Positions 52,312-62,142 of a DNA stretch of 64,000 bases are shown piece by piece. Location: the NCBI GenBank assembly GCA_041640655.1, contig JBEPZV010000002.1, positions 146,909-210,908 on the forward strand, read 5' to 3'. A model generated the notes under the pieces. It ran no database searches, was not told the origin of the DNA, and worked only from the letters and a program-made list of their open reading frames with translations. How positions within the stretch are numbered: the stretch's first letter is position 1; each line of letters starts with the position of its first letter. This stretch comes from a bacterium. Its GTDB lineage: Bacteria; Acidobacteriota; Blastocatellia; HR10. The position numbers and the translations under genes are program-made.

Positions 52312-52989
52312 ATGGCCAAGACGATCCCCTCGCTCGCCGACATCGAGACGATCACCATCGGCTCGCGCCCTCCAGGTCGCCCGGACGATGGGGGACGAGG
52401 CGGCGGGGAGAGGCCGCCGAGCCTTCCGGAGGGGAGCTACCGCCTGGCCATGCTCTTCGCCCTCGCCTCGATCGGCATGCTGTTTCTGGGCTTCACGAGC
52501 GCATACATCGTCCGGCAAGGGCTCGGGGAGGATTGGCATCCGTTCAGCCCTCCCTCGATTCTGTGGGCGAATACGGCGCTGCTGCTCATGAGCAGCGCCA
52601 CTCTACATCGCGCCCGCTCCCTCTTGCGGCGCGAAGCGATCCGAGAATCGCTGCGATGGCTCTCCCTGACAACGCTCTTGGGCCTGCTCTTCCTCGCGGG
52701 TCAATCTGAGGCGTGGCGGCAATTGACCGCTCAAGGCATTTATCTGAGCACAAATCCGCACAGCTCGTTCTTCTACCTGCTAACGGCGGTGCACGGCGCC
52801 CATCTGCTCGGAGGTCTTCTCGCGCTCGGATATCTCACATGGCGCGGATGGCGCCAGCGATTGCTCCTGATGGGGACGCCGAACCACCTGAAGCGATATG
52901 GCGCCCTCGTGGGAGCGGCGGCTCTGTATTGGCATTTCATGGACGGGCTGTGGGTGTATCTCTTCATCCTGCTCTTCCTCTGGAGGTGA
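52312..52989 (+). CDS. Cytochrome c oxidase subunit III (copy 1)
   Basis: NTALLLMSS, FFYLLTAVHGAH, YWHFMDGLW. Confidence 0.9.
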   Translation: MAKTIPSLADIETITIGSRPPGRPDDGGRGGGERPPSLPEGSYRLAMLFALASIGMLFLGFTSAYIVRQGLGEDWHPFSPPSILWANTALLLMSSATLHRARSLLRREAIRESLRWLSLTTLLGLLFLAGQSEAWRQLTAQGIYLSTNPHSSFFYLLTAVHGAHLLGGLLALGYLTWRGWRQRLLLMGTPNHLKRYGALVGAAALYWHFMDGLWVYLFILLFLWR

Positions 52990-53624
52990 TGCCGATGGCC
53001 GAGCACATCGAACGACTCCGATTCGCCGAATGGGAGGGCGGTGTCTCCCCCTTCGCCGTGGGCTCGAAGAAGCTCGGCATGTGGCTCTTCATCGTCTCGG
53101 ACTCGCTGACCTTCTCCGGGCTCTTGGTGGGCTACAGCTACGTGCGGATCGCGAGCGAGCGCTGGCCGATGCCCTTCGAGTTCTGGCCCACGATCGTCAT
53201 GGCGACGCTGATGACCTTCTGCTTGCTCTCCAGTAGTCTGACGATGGCGCTGGCCGTGCGCGCGTCGAGTCTCGGTGATCGCTCCCGCACCGTTCGGTTC
53301 ATCCTTCTGACGATGCTCGGAGGGATCCTCTTCATCCTCCTGCACGCCAAGGAATGGGCCGGGCTCATCGCCGAGGGTGTCCGAATGTGGGAGAACCCCT
53401 GGGGCGTGCCGCTGTTCGGGGCTTCGTTCTTCACGCTCACGGGCTTGCACATGCTGCATGTCGCGAGTGGCGTGATCTATCTGGGCGTCATCGCGCTCGG
53501 CGTCTCCCGCGGGCGCTTCACGCACGAGGACGTTGAGATCAGCGGCCTCTACTGGCATTTCGTGGATCTCGTCTGGATGTTCATCTTTCCGCTCGTCTAT
53601 CTGCTCTCGGTGAAGATGCCGTGA
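52989..53624 (+). CDS. Cytochrome c oxidase subunit III (copy 2)
   Basis: KLGMWLFIVSD, FFTLTGLHMLHV, GLYWHFVDLVW; ATG overlaps the upstream TGA. Confidence 0.9.
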   Translation: MPMAEHIERLRFAEWEGGVSPFAVGSKKLGMWLFIVSDSLTFSGLLVGYSYVRIASERWPMPFEFWPTIVMATLMTFCLLSSSLTMALAVRASSLGDRSRTVRFILLTMLGGILFILLHAKEWAGLIAEGVRMWENPWGVPLFGASFFTLTGLHMLHVASGVIYLGVIALGVSRGRFTHEDVEISGLYWHFVDLVWMFIFPLVYLLSVKMP

Positions 53625-53638
53625 GGAAGGAGGGCGCT

Positions 53639-53950
53639 ATGGAGACGACGCATGCCGGACACGCGGAGACGGGACCAAAGCTCTACTACCTGACGTGGGT
53701 GTGGCTGCTCACCCTCACCGCCATCGAGGTCACGTTGGCGTACTTTCACCTGCCGGTCGGATTGATGCTCTTTCTGTTGATGGGGCTCTCCATCGTCAAA
53801 GCCGCCCTCATCATGGCGCACTTCATGCATCTGCGGTTTGAGCGCTTGAGTCTCGTCGTCACGCTCATCCCGGCGATGGTGCTCTGCATCGCGTTGCTCG
53901 CTGTCTTCTTCCCGGACGGCGTGCGCGCATTCCGATTGGCCGTTCGATAA
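53639..53950 (+). CDS. Cytochrome c oxidase subunit IV (CtaF/CyoD family)
   Basis: LLTLTAIEV, KAALIMAHFMHLRFE. Confidence 0.88.
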   Translation: METTHAGHAETGPKLYYLTWVWLLTLTAIEVTLAYFHLPVGLMLFLLMGLSIVKAALIMAHFMHLRFERLSLVVTLIPAMVLCIALLAVFFPDGVRAFRLAVR

Positions 53951-53955
53951 ACGAG

Positions 53956-54237
53956 ATGATGAGGCGACTCGGCATAGGTGCGTTGCTGGGGCTCGCCCTC
54001 GGACTCATGGGGGAGCTCTGTCCTCTCCTCGCTCAGTGCGCTATGTGTCGAACGGCCATCGCCGGATCATCGCGCCTGGACGAGATCGCGAGGGTCTTGA
54101 ATACGGCCATCCTCGCACTGCTGATCCCTCCGGTCGCGATCCTCGGCCTCGTCTTCTGGCTCGCCGTCACGGTATGGAATCGCGCGGAGGACGACCGCTC
54201 AGGGGAGAGCCGGGAGATCGAAGCACATGAGACCTAA
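53956..54237 (+). CDS. Small membrane protein with AQCAMC motif at the end of the cox operon
   Basis: Signal-like segment, AQCAMC, second TM; starts 5 nt after subunit IV. Confidence 0.65.
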   Translation: MMRRLGIGALLGLALGLMGELCPLLAQCAMCRTAIAGSSRLDEIARVLNTAILALLIPPVAILGLVFWLAVTVWNRAEDDRSGESREIEAHET

Positions 54238-55122
54238 CAGCAGAGGCAGGTAAACGATCGAAGCCTTGAGGACCTGATGGGCATGCCTCCGCGCGCGCGT
54301 GCGGGCGGCGCGAAGGCTTTGCCCAAGGAAATATCCCCCCAGAAGGATCGCCCCGATCAGATACACCGGCCCTGAGAGTTTGAGCCACGGAGGAAGAAGG
54401 CTGACCCCCACGAGCAAGAGCGTATAGAGCACGATCTGCCGCCCCGTTCGCCGACCGTCGGGATCCACAACGGGCAGCATTCGAATCCCTCCGCGCGCGT
54501 AGTCCTCGCGATACATCCACGCGATGGCGAAGAAGTGCGGGAATTGCCAGAGGAAGAGGATCGCGAACAACACCCACCCCTCCACCGTGATCTCGCCGCG
54601 CGCGGCCGTCCACCCCATCAGGGCAGGCATCGCCCCCGGAATGGCGCCGATCGCCGTGCAGAGCGTCGTCCGCGTCTTCAGGGGGGTATAGATGAAGAGG
54701 TAGCTCCCGAAGGCCAAAGCCCCCAAGAGCGCCGTCAACGGATTGAGGAAGAAGAAGAGATGCACTTCGGCGAGGATCGAAAGTCCCAGACCGAAGATCA
54801 ACGCCTGATGCGGTCGCAGCCGACCGCTCGGCAGAGGGCGTCGGCTCGTCCGACGCATCCGTCCATCCCGCTCTCGCTCCAGATAGTGATTCATCGCCGC
54901 GATGCCCGCCGAGAGCGCCGTGACCCCCACGAGCACATGTCGCAAGCCGAGACGATCCACCGGATGACCTGATCCGAGCCAGAAGGCGGCCGCCGCGGTG
55001 ATGACGACAAGCAGCGTGATGTCGGGCTTGGTCAGCTCGACATACGCCCAGGCTGTGGCCAGCCCGCGATGTCGTCCCAACGTTTCGCGAATGCTCCAAA
55101 GCTGGATCCCGCGCGCGCGCAT
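54199..55122 (-). CDS. ctaB: Protoheme IX farnesyltransferase (heme O synthase)
   Basis: ELTKP, NHYLERERDGRMRRTSRRPLPSG, YTPLK, WQFPHF, DYARGG. Confidence 0.95.
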   Translation of the reverse strand: MRARGIQLWSIRETLGRHRGLATAWAYVELTKPDITLLVVITAAAAFWLGSGHPVDRLGLRHVLVGVTALSAGIAAMNHYLERERDGRMRRTSRRPLPSGRLRPHQALIFGLGLSILAEVHLFFFLNPLTALLGALAFGSYLFIYTPLKTRTTLCTAIGAIPGAMPALMGWTAARGEITVEGWVLFAILFLWQFPHFFAIAWMYREDYARGGIRMLPVVDPDGRRTGRQIVLYTLLLVGVSLLPPWLKLSGPVYLIGAILLGGYFLGQSLRAARTRARRHAHQVLKASIVYLPLLLGLMCFDLPALP

Positions 55123-56057
55123 CAGAGAACTCTCTCCGCCGGTCGAGGCGCGACCTCCGCGCGCGCCCGTTCGCTCAGCCCAAATGTCCACCACGTGAGG
55201 ATGAGGGCGACAGCCAGAAGCGCGGCCCCACCCGCCACGTGCGCGACAGTGAGCGAGATCATCGGCTCAAGCGGTTGCGGATCGAACCGCGAAGCGCGAC
55301 GCGCGAAATAGGCCGCGATCCCCAGAGCGATTTGCGCGATGAGAAGGCCCGCGGCCCAGAGCGCCCGACGGGCGAGTGCTCGAACCTCACTCGGGGCTTC
55401 GGGGGCGCGCACCGCCCTCCGCACGGCCCAGACGACGCCAAGGACTGCACCACTCACCACGATGGCTCCGAGGATGTGCGGGAGGATCCCCAACCCGCGA
55501 TGACGAAATCCCGCCCCCAGAAGGAGTTGAACGAACAACCCGACGACCGCCGCGCCGCACAGCTTCGGGAGAGAAGCCGGCAGATAGACCGTTCTCGCAT
55601 GAGCTTCCCATCGCCGCCATCCCGGCGAGGTGACCACCGCCACGCTCACCGTGAGGCCGAAGAAGAACTGCGCCATGAAGGCATGCATTAAGGCCAGCGC
55701 GAACCGATGCTCCAGAAAGAGGACGCGCGCACCGCCGAGCAACGCCTGTCCGAGAACGGCCAATAGCGCCATGAGTCCCAGCCCGCGAACCCATGACCGC
55801 TCTTCCCTGCGCCACAGCATCACGTTCAGCCAGAGCGTCATCAGCGCCACCGTCGCCGCCACGACGCGATGCGTGTATTCATAGACGACGTTCCCGACGA
55901 TGTGATCCAGCGGCAGCCAGCGTCCGAAAGCCGTCGGCCAATCCGGCACGGAATCACCTGCCTCGTTGCTTGTCACCAGAGCTCCGAGGACGATGAGGAG
56001 AAACGTCGCCCCCACCGTCACCAGAGCGAGCCGATGAACCACATGTTCTCCCCTCAT
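55122..56057 (-). CDS. ctaA: Heme A synthase (COX15/CtaA)
   Basis: LGALVTS..AG, PDWP, EYTHR, QALLGG, conserved His residues. Confidence 0.9.
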   Translation of the reverse strand: MRGEHVVHRLALVTVGATFLLIVLGALVTSNEAGDSVPDWPTAFGRWLPLDHIVGNVVYEYTHRVVAATVALMTLWLNVMLWRREERSWVRGLGLMALLAVLGQALLGGARVLFLEHRFALALMHAFMAQFFFGLTVSVAVVTSPGWRRWEAHARTVYLPASLPKLCGAAVVGLFVQLLLGAGFRHRGLGILPHILGAIVVSGAVLGVVWAVRRAVRAPEAPSEVRALARRALWAAGLLIAQIALGIAAYFARRASRFDPQPLEPMISLTVAHVAGGAALLAVALILTWWTFGLSERARAEVAPRPAERVL

Positions 56058-56150
56058 GAGGCGATCCTCAGCAAAAGAAAAAACATCTCGCGGGAGGGCG
56101 CGCTCAACCCTCCCGCTTGGCGGGATCGAAACTCTTCCTCGCCTTTCTCC

Positions 56151-57017
56151 TCACCGCTTCGAGATGCTCGCGTGCCCCATCCCTTTCTCACAGCAGGGCA
56201 ACACGAGCGCCGGCATCAGGCGCAGCGATCCCGGACGATAGGCTTGCCCCGCCGCGTAAGTGAACTCAATCTGTTTCGTCTCTTTCGCTCCCACGGTTAC
56301 CTTCGCCACTTGCGCTCCATATCGCTCGTGCCAGGCTTCGATCTCGTATTCGCCCGGCGGCAAGCCCTTGATCTCGAAGCTCCCATCCTCCTTGCTCACG
56401 GCATGGAACGGATGGCGCAGGACGCCGATGTAGGCCCGCATCCACGGATGCTGATTGCACTTGACCGGGATCATCACCTCCGGGCGCGGGAAGGAGCGAA
56501 TGATCGGATCCGATCCCGGTGGCTGGTTCACATTCCACTCGGGATTGTTCTTCGGCGTCGGATGGATATTGTGATTGGTCGGATCGCTCGTGATGATCTT
56601 CACATTCTGATTGGCCATGACGCCCAGCACGTGCGGACGATACATGCACCCGTTCTGGTCGAGCACGACTTCCTCCGCAGGCACGGGGAAGGAGTACTTC
56701 TCCAATCCGCTCTTGACGTAGACGAAGACGTTCTGCAACTTCCCGTTATTGACGATGACCTCCTCCGAGAGCGCATTGGGATTCTTCTGCGCGCAAACCG
56801 GATCGGCATCCATTTGGATGCGGCGTCGCTGAGGTGGCTGTCCCGTGAAGTTCACGACGCCGACGATCGCTCCCTCGTCGCCGGTCGGCTGATAGGTCGT
56901 CGTGGGCGCCGCTTCTTCTTTGGGCGCTTCGCTCACTTCTTCCTTCTTCCCGCACTGCAGGCTCAGTGCGGCGAGAGCAAGGATCAAAGCGAGAGCTGAG
57001 AGTCTCCAGGTCTTCAT
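56151..57017 (-). CDS. Lipoprotein with cupredoxin-like domain and carboxypeptidase-regulatory-like beta-sandwich
   Basis: Lipobox-like LSLQC; DQNGCMYRPHV, HNIH, KCNQHPWM; DGSFEIKGLPPGEY. Confidence 0.75.
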   Translation of the reverse strand: MKTWRLSALALILALAALSLQCGKKEEVSEAPKEEAAPTTTYQPTGDEGAIVGVVNFTGQPPQRRRIQMDADPVCAQKNPNALSEEVIVNNGKLQNVFVYVKSGLEKYSFPVPAEEVVLDQNGCMYRPHVLGVMANQNVKIITSDPTNHNIHPTPKNNPEWNVNQPPGSDPIIRSFPRPEVMIPVKCNQHPWMRAYIGVLRHPFHAVSKEDGSFEIKGLPPGEYEIEAWHERYGAQVAKVTVGAKETKQIEFTYAAGQAYRPGSLRLMPALVLPCCEKGMGHASISKR

Positions 57018-57044
57018 CGCACTCCCCTCCTGTCATGAGATCAC

Positions 57045-60000
57045 TCACGTTCCCCCCTTTCGGCCTCGCGAGCGGTCGGAGGCCATGCTCACAGTCGGTG
57101 GACGAGCGCGCACCGTCAGCCGCGTGGCCGCCAGCAGGCGCCGTTGTTCCTCAGCCGTCAGCTGAAACATGTAGCGCACCAGCAGATCCACGTGATCCCC
57201 CGGATAGGTCCGGAACGCTTCCGGCAAGGGCCCGGCGAAGACCCAGCGATCCCCCTCGCGACGGAAGAGTCCCGAGGGCATGGCTGTGCCTGGACTGATG
57301 GCTTGAGGATCGATCATCCAGCGCGCCGTCCACCCGGGCTTCAAGCGCTCGCGCGCGATCAGGAAATTCGGCGCCGTCGCCCGCTGATCGTGCGCGGGAT
57401 CTCCGGTCATGTGGCAGCGCAAGCATGGAGCCGCGGGCGAGGTGAAGAGCTGCCGCGCCAGAGCGCGCTCGGTCTCCGTGATCGGCTCGAGCTTCGGCTC
57501 GATATACGGCTGCGCCTGCGCCGACAGCGCCTCGAAGAACCGCACGAGGATCCGAATCTCGTTGGGCGAGAAGAAGAAGGTCGGCATCCGAACCTTCAGG
57601 TACTCGCGCACGCCGTTGCGTTCCAGATTCGTCTCGCTGAGCGCCGGATTCTCCAGGAATCGCGCCAACCAATCGGGGCGCACCCGCGCTCCCTCGCCGA
57701 TCAAGCTCGGCGGCAACTGGTCCTTCCAATCCGGATCCTGATACCGAGGGAGCTGGCTCAAGACCGAGCGCTGTCCCGGCAGGATCGTATGGCAGCCCAT
57801 GCAGTTGTACTTCTTGATGATCCACCAGCCCTCCTGAATATCCTTCCGCTGATCATCGGGCGTGTAGTAGTAACTCGGCGGCAGTGTGGCGTTGACGCTC
57901 CCGAGCAAGAAGGTCGTCAGCGCTCGAATCTCCTCCTCGGTGAGATTCGGATTCGGCATACGGAGCCGATCCTCAGGGGCCTTCAGCTTGCCGCGATCGT
58001 AGAGGTCAGGCTGCCGCAGCTTATTCTCGATGAAGCCCTTGTGGTTGTACCACCCCTGACGCTTCGCCTCGCGAGCCAGAAGCCCGAAGTCGAGTTGCTC
58101 CAGCGGCTTGCTCCCTTCGCGCGTCAGCTCCGTCCCGATCTTCGGCTCCTCCTCGAACCCGCTGATCTCGTGACATCCGGCGCATCCATAGCGGCGGATG
58201 AGCTGCGCCCCGCGCGCCTTCAGCTTCGGATCATCCATGAAGGGGGCCGGCGGATAGGAGACACCCGGACGCCGCTGCGTCATCAGGAAGCTGGCGATAT
58301 CGCGCGCCTCCTGCCAGGACAGGCGCAGGCTCGGCATGACGGTCATCTGCTGCACCTGCATCTCGGAGCCGCAACTGGGACACTTCGAGTGATTGAGATC
58401 GAAGCGGAAGGGCAAGCCCTTCTTCGCGTAATCCTCCGGCCCGATGTCCCGACGCTCGTTCGGGCAGTAGGGACGCGCGCGCTCGCGCGGATTATGAATC
58501 CAGCGCACGAGGTAATCGTAGTTGACCTTCTCCCCGACGCGCGAGAGATTCGCGGCGAATGTCCCGCCAATGGCTTGCGCCCCTTCACCGATCGCATGAC
58601 AGGCCAAGCATCCGCGCGTCTCGAACAACTCGCGGCCTCGAACCGGATCGCCCGGAGGTTGCGCGGGCACGGGATCGCGCAAGGCCGTCTGCCAGAGATA
58701 GGCCGAGATCGCCTGGACCTCCTCCTTCGTCAATCGGAATCGCGGCATCTTCGTCGTCGGGCGGAAGGCGTGCGGATTCTCGATCCAGACGGGGATCCAC
58801 TCCTTGCGCACCTTCAGGCGGATCTCCTTCAGATTCGGCCCGACCTTCTTCTGATCCTGCATGAGATACTTGGCCTGCAGCTCCAACTGCTCCAACCGAT
58901 CGGCGATCTGACTATTTTTGACGCGCAGGCTCTCGGCCAGGGCATAGAGCCGGCGCGCCTCGCGATCATCGGTCGCCTGATCGGCCGCGCGCAGCGTGCG
59001 CCGAATCTCGCGCTCGTTCTCCGCGCGCTCCAAGTTCAACTGCCGGATCGTCTTTCGAACCTCGGCCAAGGCATCGGTCTCCCGATCATAGCCCTCGTAG
59101 CGGTGGCAGCCGACGCATCCCTTCAACTCGTAGAGATCGCGCCCGAGATTGAAGATCTCCGCCCCCTCCAGGACGCGATCTCGGAAATGGCACTGCACGC
59201 AACCGGCCTCGTAATTCTCCGGCCGATAGAGCGGCCAGAGCCAATGCTTGTTCAACCCATGCGCCTTGACGACGCTCGTGGTGGCGCGCCCATTCCCGCC
59301 GTGACAGGGCGAGCAGCCGAACCGCTCGGGATTGTGAATCCGCAACAGCCGGGGATTCGGATGGCTGACGAAGGCCTTCCGCCCCATGATCTGTTCCGTC
59401 AGCGGCAGCGGCTCCAGGATCCCCACGTGGCACGAGATGCAGCGATCCACGAGATCCCCATCCGGGACATGGATCTGCTTCAACTCGATCCTGAAGGTCT
59501 CCATCTTGCGGATCAGGCCATCAATTTGCTTCTGGTCGAGGCCGACGAGGTGGTCCTGCAGATACTGATTCATCTTCCGCTCGATCTCCACAACGGGTTC
59601 CAGCAACCGCGCCCGCTCGGAGACGAGCTGCGCCTTGCGCTCCTGCAGCCCCAGGAATCGGCGTTGCAACTCGTCGAAGGTCAAGCGCCATTCCGCATTC
59701 CTCCCCTCCCCATCGGCGGCGATCAGTCGCACGCGGAACGGCCCCCGCTTCGCCTCTTCGATCTCGCGCATCTTGCGCGCCTTGGCGCGCTCGCTCGTCG
59801 CCACCTCCCATTCGTAGGTCAAGGCTCCGATCTTGGCGCGCGCATCCTGGAAGACCGGTCGAATGGCCTCCAACTGCCGTTCGATCTCCGCCAATTCCCG
59901 ATCGATCTCCTGCACGCGCGGGGCGACGGCCTGTCGGGCAGCCACCAATTCCTGCTCGAGCTTCTTGTACTCGGGCGATTGCTTGAGCGCCGCCTCAGTC

Positions 60001-60233
60001 GCCGCCTGCCGCGGTCTGATCCGCTTCAAATAGGCCGTATATCGCTCCACGAACTCCCGCTGCATCGCCTTCCACGGGCGCCGCCCGTACACCTCATCGT
60101 AGAGCGCCCAGATGAGCGTACCGATGAGCACCAGCGAGGCGATCAACAGGGGACCGCTCATCGAGCGGCTCGTGATCGGATCAGGCTCCTCGACGCCCAT
60201 CTGATTCTCCACCTCGACGACCTCCCTCTCCAT
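57045..60233 (-). CDS. Membrane-anchored multiheme (8 CxxCH) cytochrome c of the Rieske/cytochrome b complex
   Basis: CISCH, CSPCH, CVQCH, CVGCH, CLACH, CAGCH, CMGCH, CLRCH; N-terminal TM and coiled coil. Confidence 0.9.
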   Translation of the reverse strand: MEREVVEVENQMGVEEPDPITSRSMSGPLLIASLVLIGTLIWALYDEVYGRRPWKAMQREFVERYTAYLKRIRPRQAATEAALKQSPEYKKLEQELVAARQAVAPRVQEIDRELAEIERQLEAIRPVFQDARAKIGALTYEWEVATSERAKARKMREIEEAKRGPFRVRLIAADGEGRNAEWRLTFDELQRRFLGLQERKAQLVSERARLLEPVVEIERKMNQYLQDHLVGLDQKQIDGLIRKMETFRIELKQIHVPDGDLVDRCISCHVGILEPLPLTEQIMGRKAFVSHPNPRLLRIHNPERFGCSPCHGGNGRATTSVVKAHGLNKHWLWPLYRPENYEAGCVQCHFRDRVLEGAEIFNLGRDLYELKGCVGCHRYEGYDRETDALAEVRKTIRQLNLERAENEREIRRTLRAADQATDDREARRLYALAESLRVKNSQIADRLEQLELQAKYLMQDQKKVGPNLKEIRLKVRKEWIPVWIENPHAFRPTTKMPRFRLTKEEVQAISAYLWQTALRDPVPAQPPGDPVRGRELFETRGCLACHAIGEGAQAIGGTFAANLSRVGEKVNYDYLVRWIHNPRERARPYCPNERRDIGPEDYAKKGLPFRFDLNHSKCPSCGSEMQVQQMTVMPSLRLSWQEARDIASFLMTQRRPGVSYPPAPFMDDPKLKARGAQLIRRYGCAGCHEISGFEEEPKIGTELTREGSKPLEQLDFGLLAREAKRQGWYNHKGFIENKLRQPDLYDRGKLKAPEDRLRMPNPNLTEEEIRALTTFLLGSVNATLPPSYYYTPDDQRKDIQEGWWIIKKYNCMGCHTILPGQRSVLSQLPRYQDPDWKDQLPPSLIGEGARVRPDWLARFLENPALSETNLERNGVREYLKVRMPTFFFSPNEIRILVRFFEALSAQAQPYIEPKLEPITETERALARQLFTSPAAPCLRCHMTGDPAHDQRATAPNFLIARERLKPGWTARWMIDPQAISPGTAMPSGLFRREGDRWVFAGPLPEAFRTYPGDHVDLLVRYMFQLTAEEQRRLLAATRLTVRARPPTVSMASDRSRGRKGGT

Positions 60234-60248
60234 GACGCCCCTTCCCCC

Positions 60249-61184
60249 TCAGATGTTGAACCACGGCGTGATCCACACATACTTGATCCGGAACAGAAGT
60301 CGCAGCAGGATCTTCGCCGGAAGGCCGACCAGAATCGTGATGGCGAAGAATTGGAAGACCAGGTACTGAATGAGGCTCGTCCGCTCATAGATCTTGCGAT
60401 TGAGCGGCGAGCGCGTCACCAATTTGTGAATGCCGAAACCGGAGACCAGATAAAAGAGCAAGACGGCGAAGAGGCCGAAAATCCCCTTCCCCCAATCGCT
60501 CGTGATCCCGAAGATGTCCGGCAGATTCCGATTCACCTCGTAGACCAAGCGCGTGTGATCCCACGTCTGTCCCGGCCAGAAGAGCATCCATCCCGGCCCT
60601 CGCATCAACGTGCCCACGATGATCAACGCGATCCAGAGGTAAAAGCCGATGAGGAACGCGCCGATGGCGACCGTCCGCTGCCGCCACGTATAGTAGCCGT
60701 TGCCCAAGGGGTTCTCATCCACATAGGGGAAGGCCATCAGCCCGAGGATGATGAGCGTCGGCAAGACGACGCCGGCGAACCACGGATCGAAATAGACGAG
60801 CATCTCCTGCAAGCCGACGAAGTACCACGGGGCTTTCGAGGGATTCGGCGTGAGATTGGGATTGGCCGGCTCCTCCAGCGGCGCATCCAGCGTGAGCGAC
60901 CAGACCATCAGCAACGCCGTCACGATGATCGCCGCCAGAAACTCGATGCGCAGCAGATACGGCCAGACATGCACCTCCGTCGGCCACCCAGGCTTATACG
61001 GGAACGTCTTGCGATGATGCGTCTTGGCCAGCTCGGGATTGGCCTCCAGCTCCTGAATGAGCCGATCGTTCGCCCGCGCCTGTCGCAGTCCATACCACGT
61101 ATAGAACGGGACGATGACGAGCAGCCCCACGATCGGGACGTTGTCCGGCGCGGAGATGATCTGCCACAGTTGATACCAATCCAT
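60249..61184 (-). CDS. Cytochrome b C-terminal subunit (subunit IV-like)
   Basis: VWP, APLEEPANP..TPNPSKAPWYF, multiple TMs. Confidence 0.88.
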   Translation of the reverse strand: MDWYQLWQIISAPDNVPIVGLLVIVPFYTWYGLRQARANDRLIQELEANPELAKTHHRKTFPYKPGWPTEVHVWPYLLRIEFLAAIIVTALLMVWSLTLDAPLEEPANPNLTPNPSKAPWYFVGLQEMLVYFDPWFAGVVLPTLIILGLMAFPYVDENPLGNGYYTWRQRTVAIGAFLIGFYLWIALIIVGTLMRGPGWMLFWPGQTWDHTRLVYEVNRNLPDIFGITSDWGKGIFGLFAVLLFYLVSGFGIHKLVTRSPLNRKIYERTSLIQYLVFQFFAITILVGLPAKILLRLLFRIKYVWITPWFNI

Positions 61185-61202
61185 AGCGCCCTCCCATCGG
61201 CG

Positions 61203-62111
61203 TCAAACCTTGCGCACCGGCCGCATCTCCGATTCGAGCATCACCGGAGCGGGACCGGAGATCCCTCCGTCCTTGCGCACGCGCCAGAAGTGCACGCCCA
61301 TGAAGATGGCCGCCAGAAGCGGCAGCGCGATGCAATGCCAGATATAGGCCCGCAAGAGCGCATTCGAGTCCACGATCGAGCCGCCCAGCAGCGCGAAGCG
61401 CACATCATTATACGGCGTCATCCCTAATTGGGGACCGAACGGTCCCTCATGGCCGATGAGCGGCGTCGCGCGCGCCATGTTCGTCCCCACCGTCACCGCC
61501 CAGAACCCCAATTGATCGTCCGGCAAGAGATACCCCGTGAAGCTCAAGAGCAAGGTCAGCACGAGCAGGATCACGCCCACGCACCAATTGAACTCGCGCG
61601 GCCGCTTATACGAGCCCGTGAGCACGACGCGGAACATGTGGAGCCAGACCGTGATGACCATCAGATGCGCCGCCCACCGATGCATATTGCGCAGCAGCCG
61701 CCCAAACGGCACATCGTGCTCCAAATAGAGGATGTCGCGAAACGCTTGAACCTTCGTCGGGTGATAGTAGAACATGAGCAGGACCCCGGTGAAGGTGAGC
61801 ACGATGAAGAGATAGAAAGAGATCCCCCCCATACCCCAGGTGTAGCTGTAGCGGACGGCATCGCGATTGATCCGCGCCGGATGCAGATGCAGGAAGACGT
61901 TGGCCAGGACGGCGATGGCGCGATTGCGCGGCGTCGTGCGCTCGTGCGGGACGCGAAAGATGGACTTCCACAATTGCGTCCGCTGCGGCTCTCGGAGATC
62001 CTGCTTCAGCTCCTCCAGCTCCTCCCGGACCCGCACCCTCAGATGCTGCGCCTCCTCCCGGACTCGTTCCAGGACCCCGACGCCTCCACGATTCCCTTTC
62101 TCGCGCTCCAT
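61203..62111 (-). CDS. Cytochrome b N-terminal subunit (b6-like)
   Basis: TGVLLMFYY, RNMHRWAAH, HMFRV, PREFNW, TGYLLP, YIWHC..HFW. Confidence 0.92.
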   Translation of the reverse strand: MEREKGNRGGVGVLERVREEAQHLRVRVREELEELKQDLREPQRTQLWKSIFRVPHERTTPRNRAIAVLANVFLHLHPARINRDAVRYSYTWGMGGISFYLFIVLTFTGVLLMFYYHPTKVQAFRDILYLEHDVPFGRLLRNMHRWAAHLMVITVWLHMFRVVLTGSYKRPREFNWCVGVILLVLTLLLSFTGYLLPDDQLGFWAVTVGTNMARATPLIGHEGPFGPQLGMTPYNDVRFALLGGSIVDSNALLRAYIWHCIALPLLAAIFMGVHFWRVRKDGGISGPAPVMLESEMRPVRKV

Positions 62112-62142
62112 ACTCTCCTCCCCTGGTCAGGCGATCGCGCGT

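Noticed and set aside
57144..61427. 1427-aa plus-strand ORF
   Set aside because: Antisense shadow of the cytochrome genes; no motifs; typical of GC-rich DNA.
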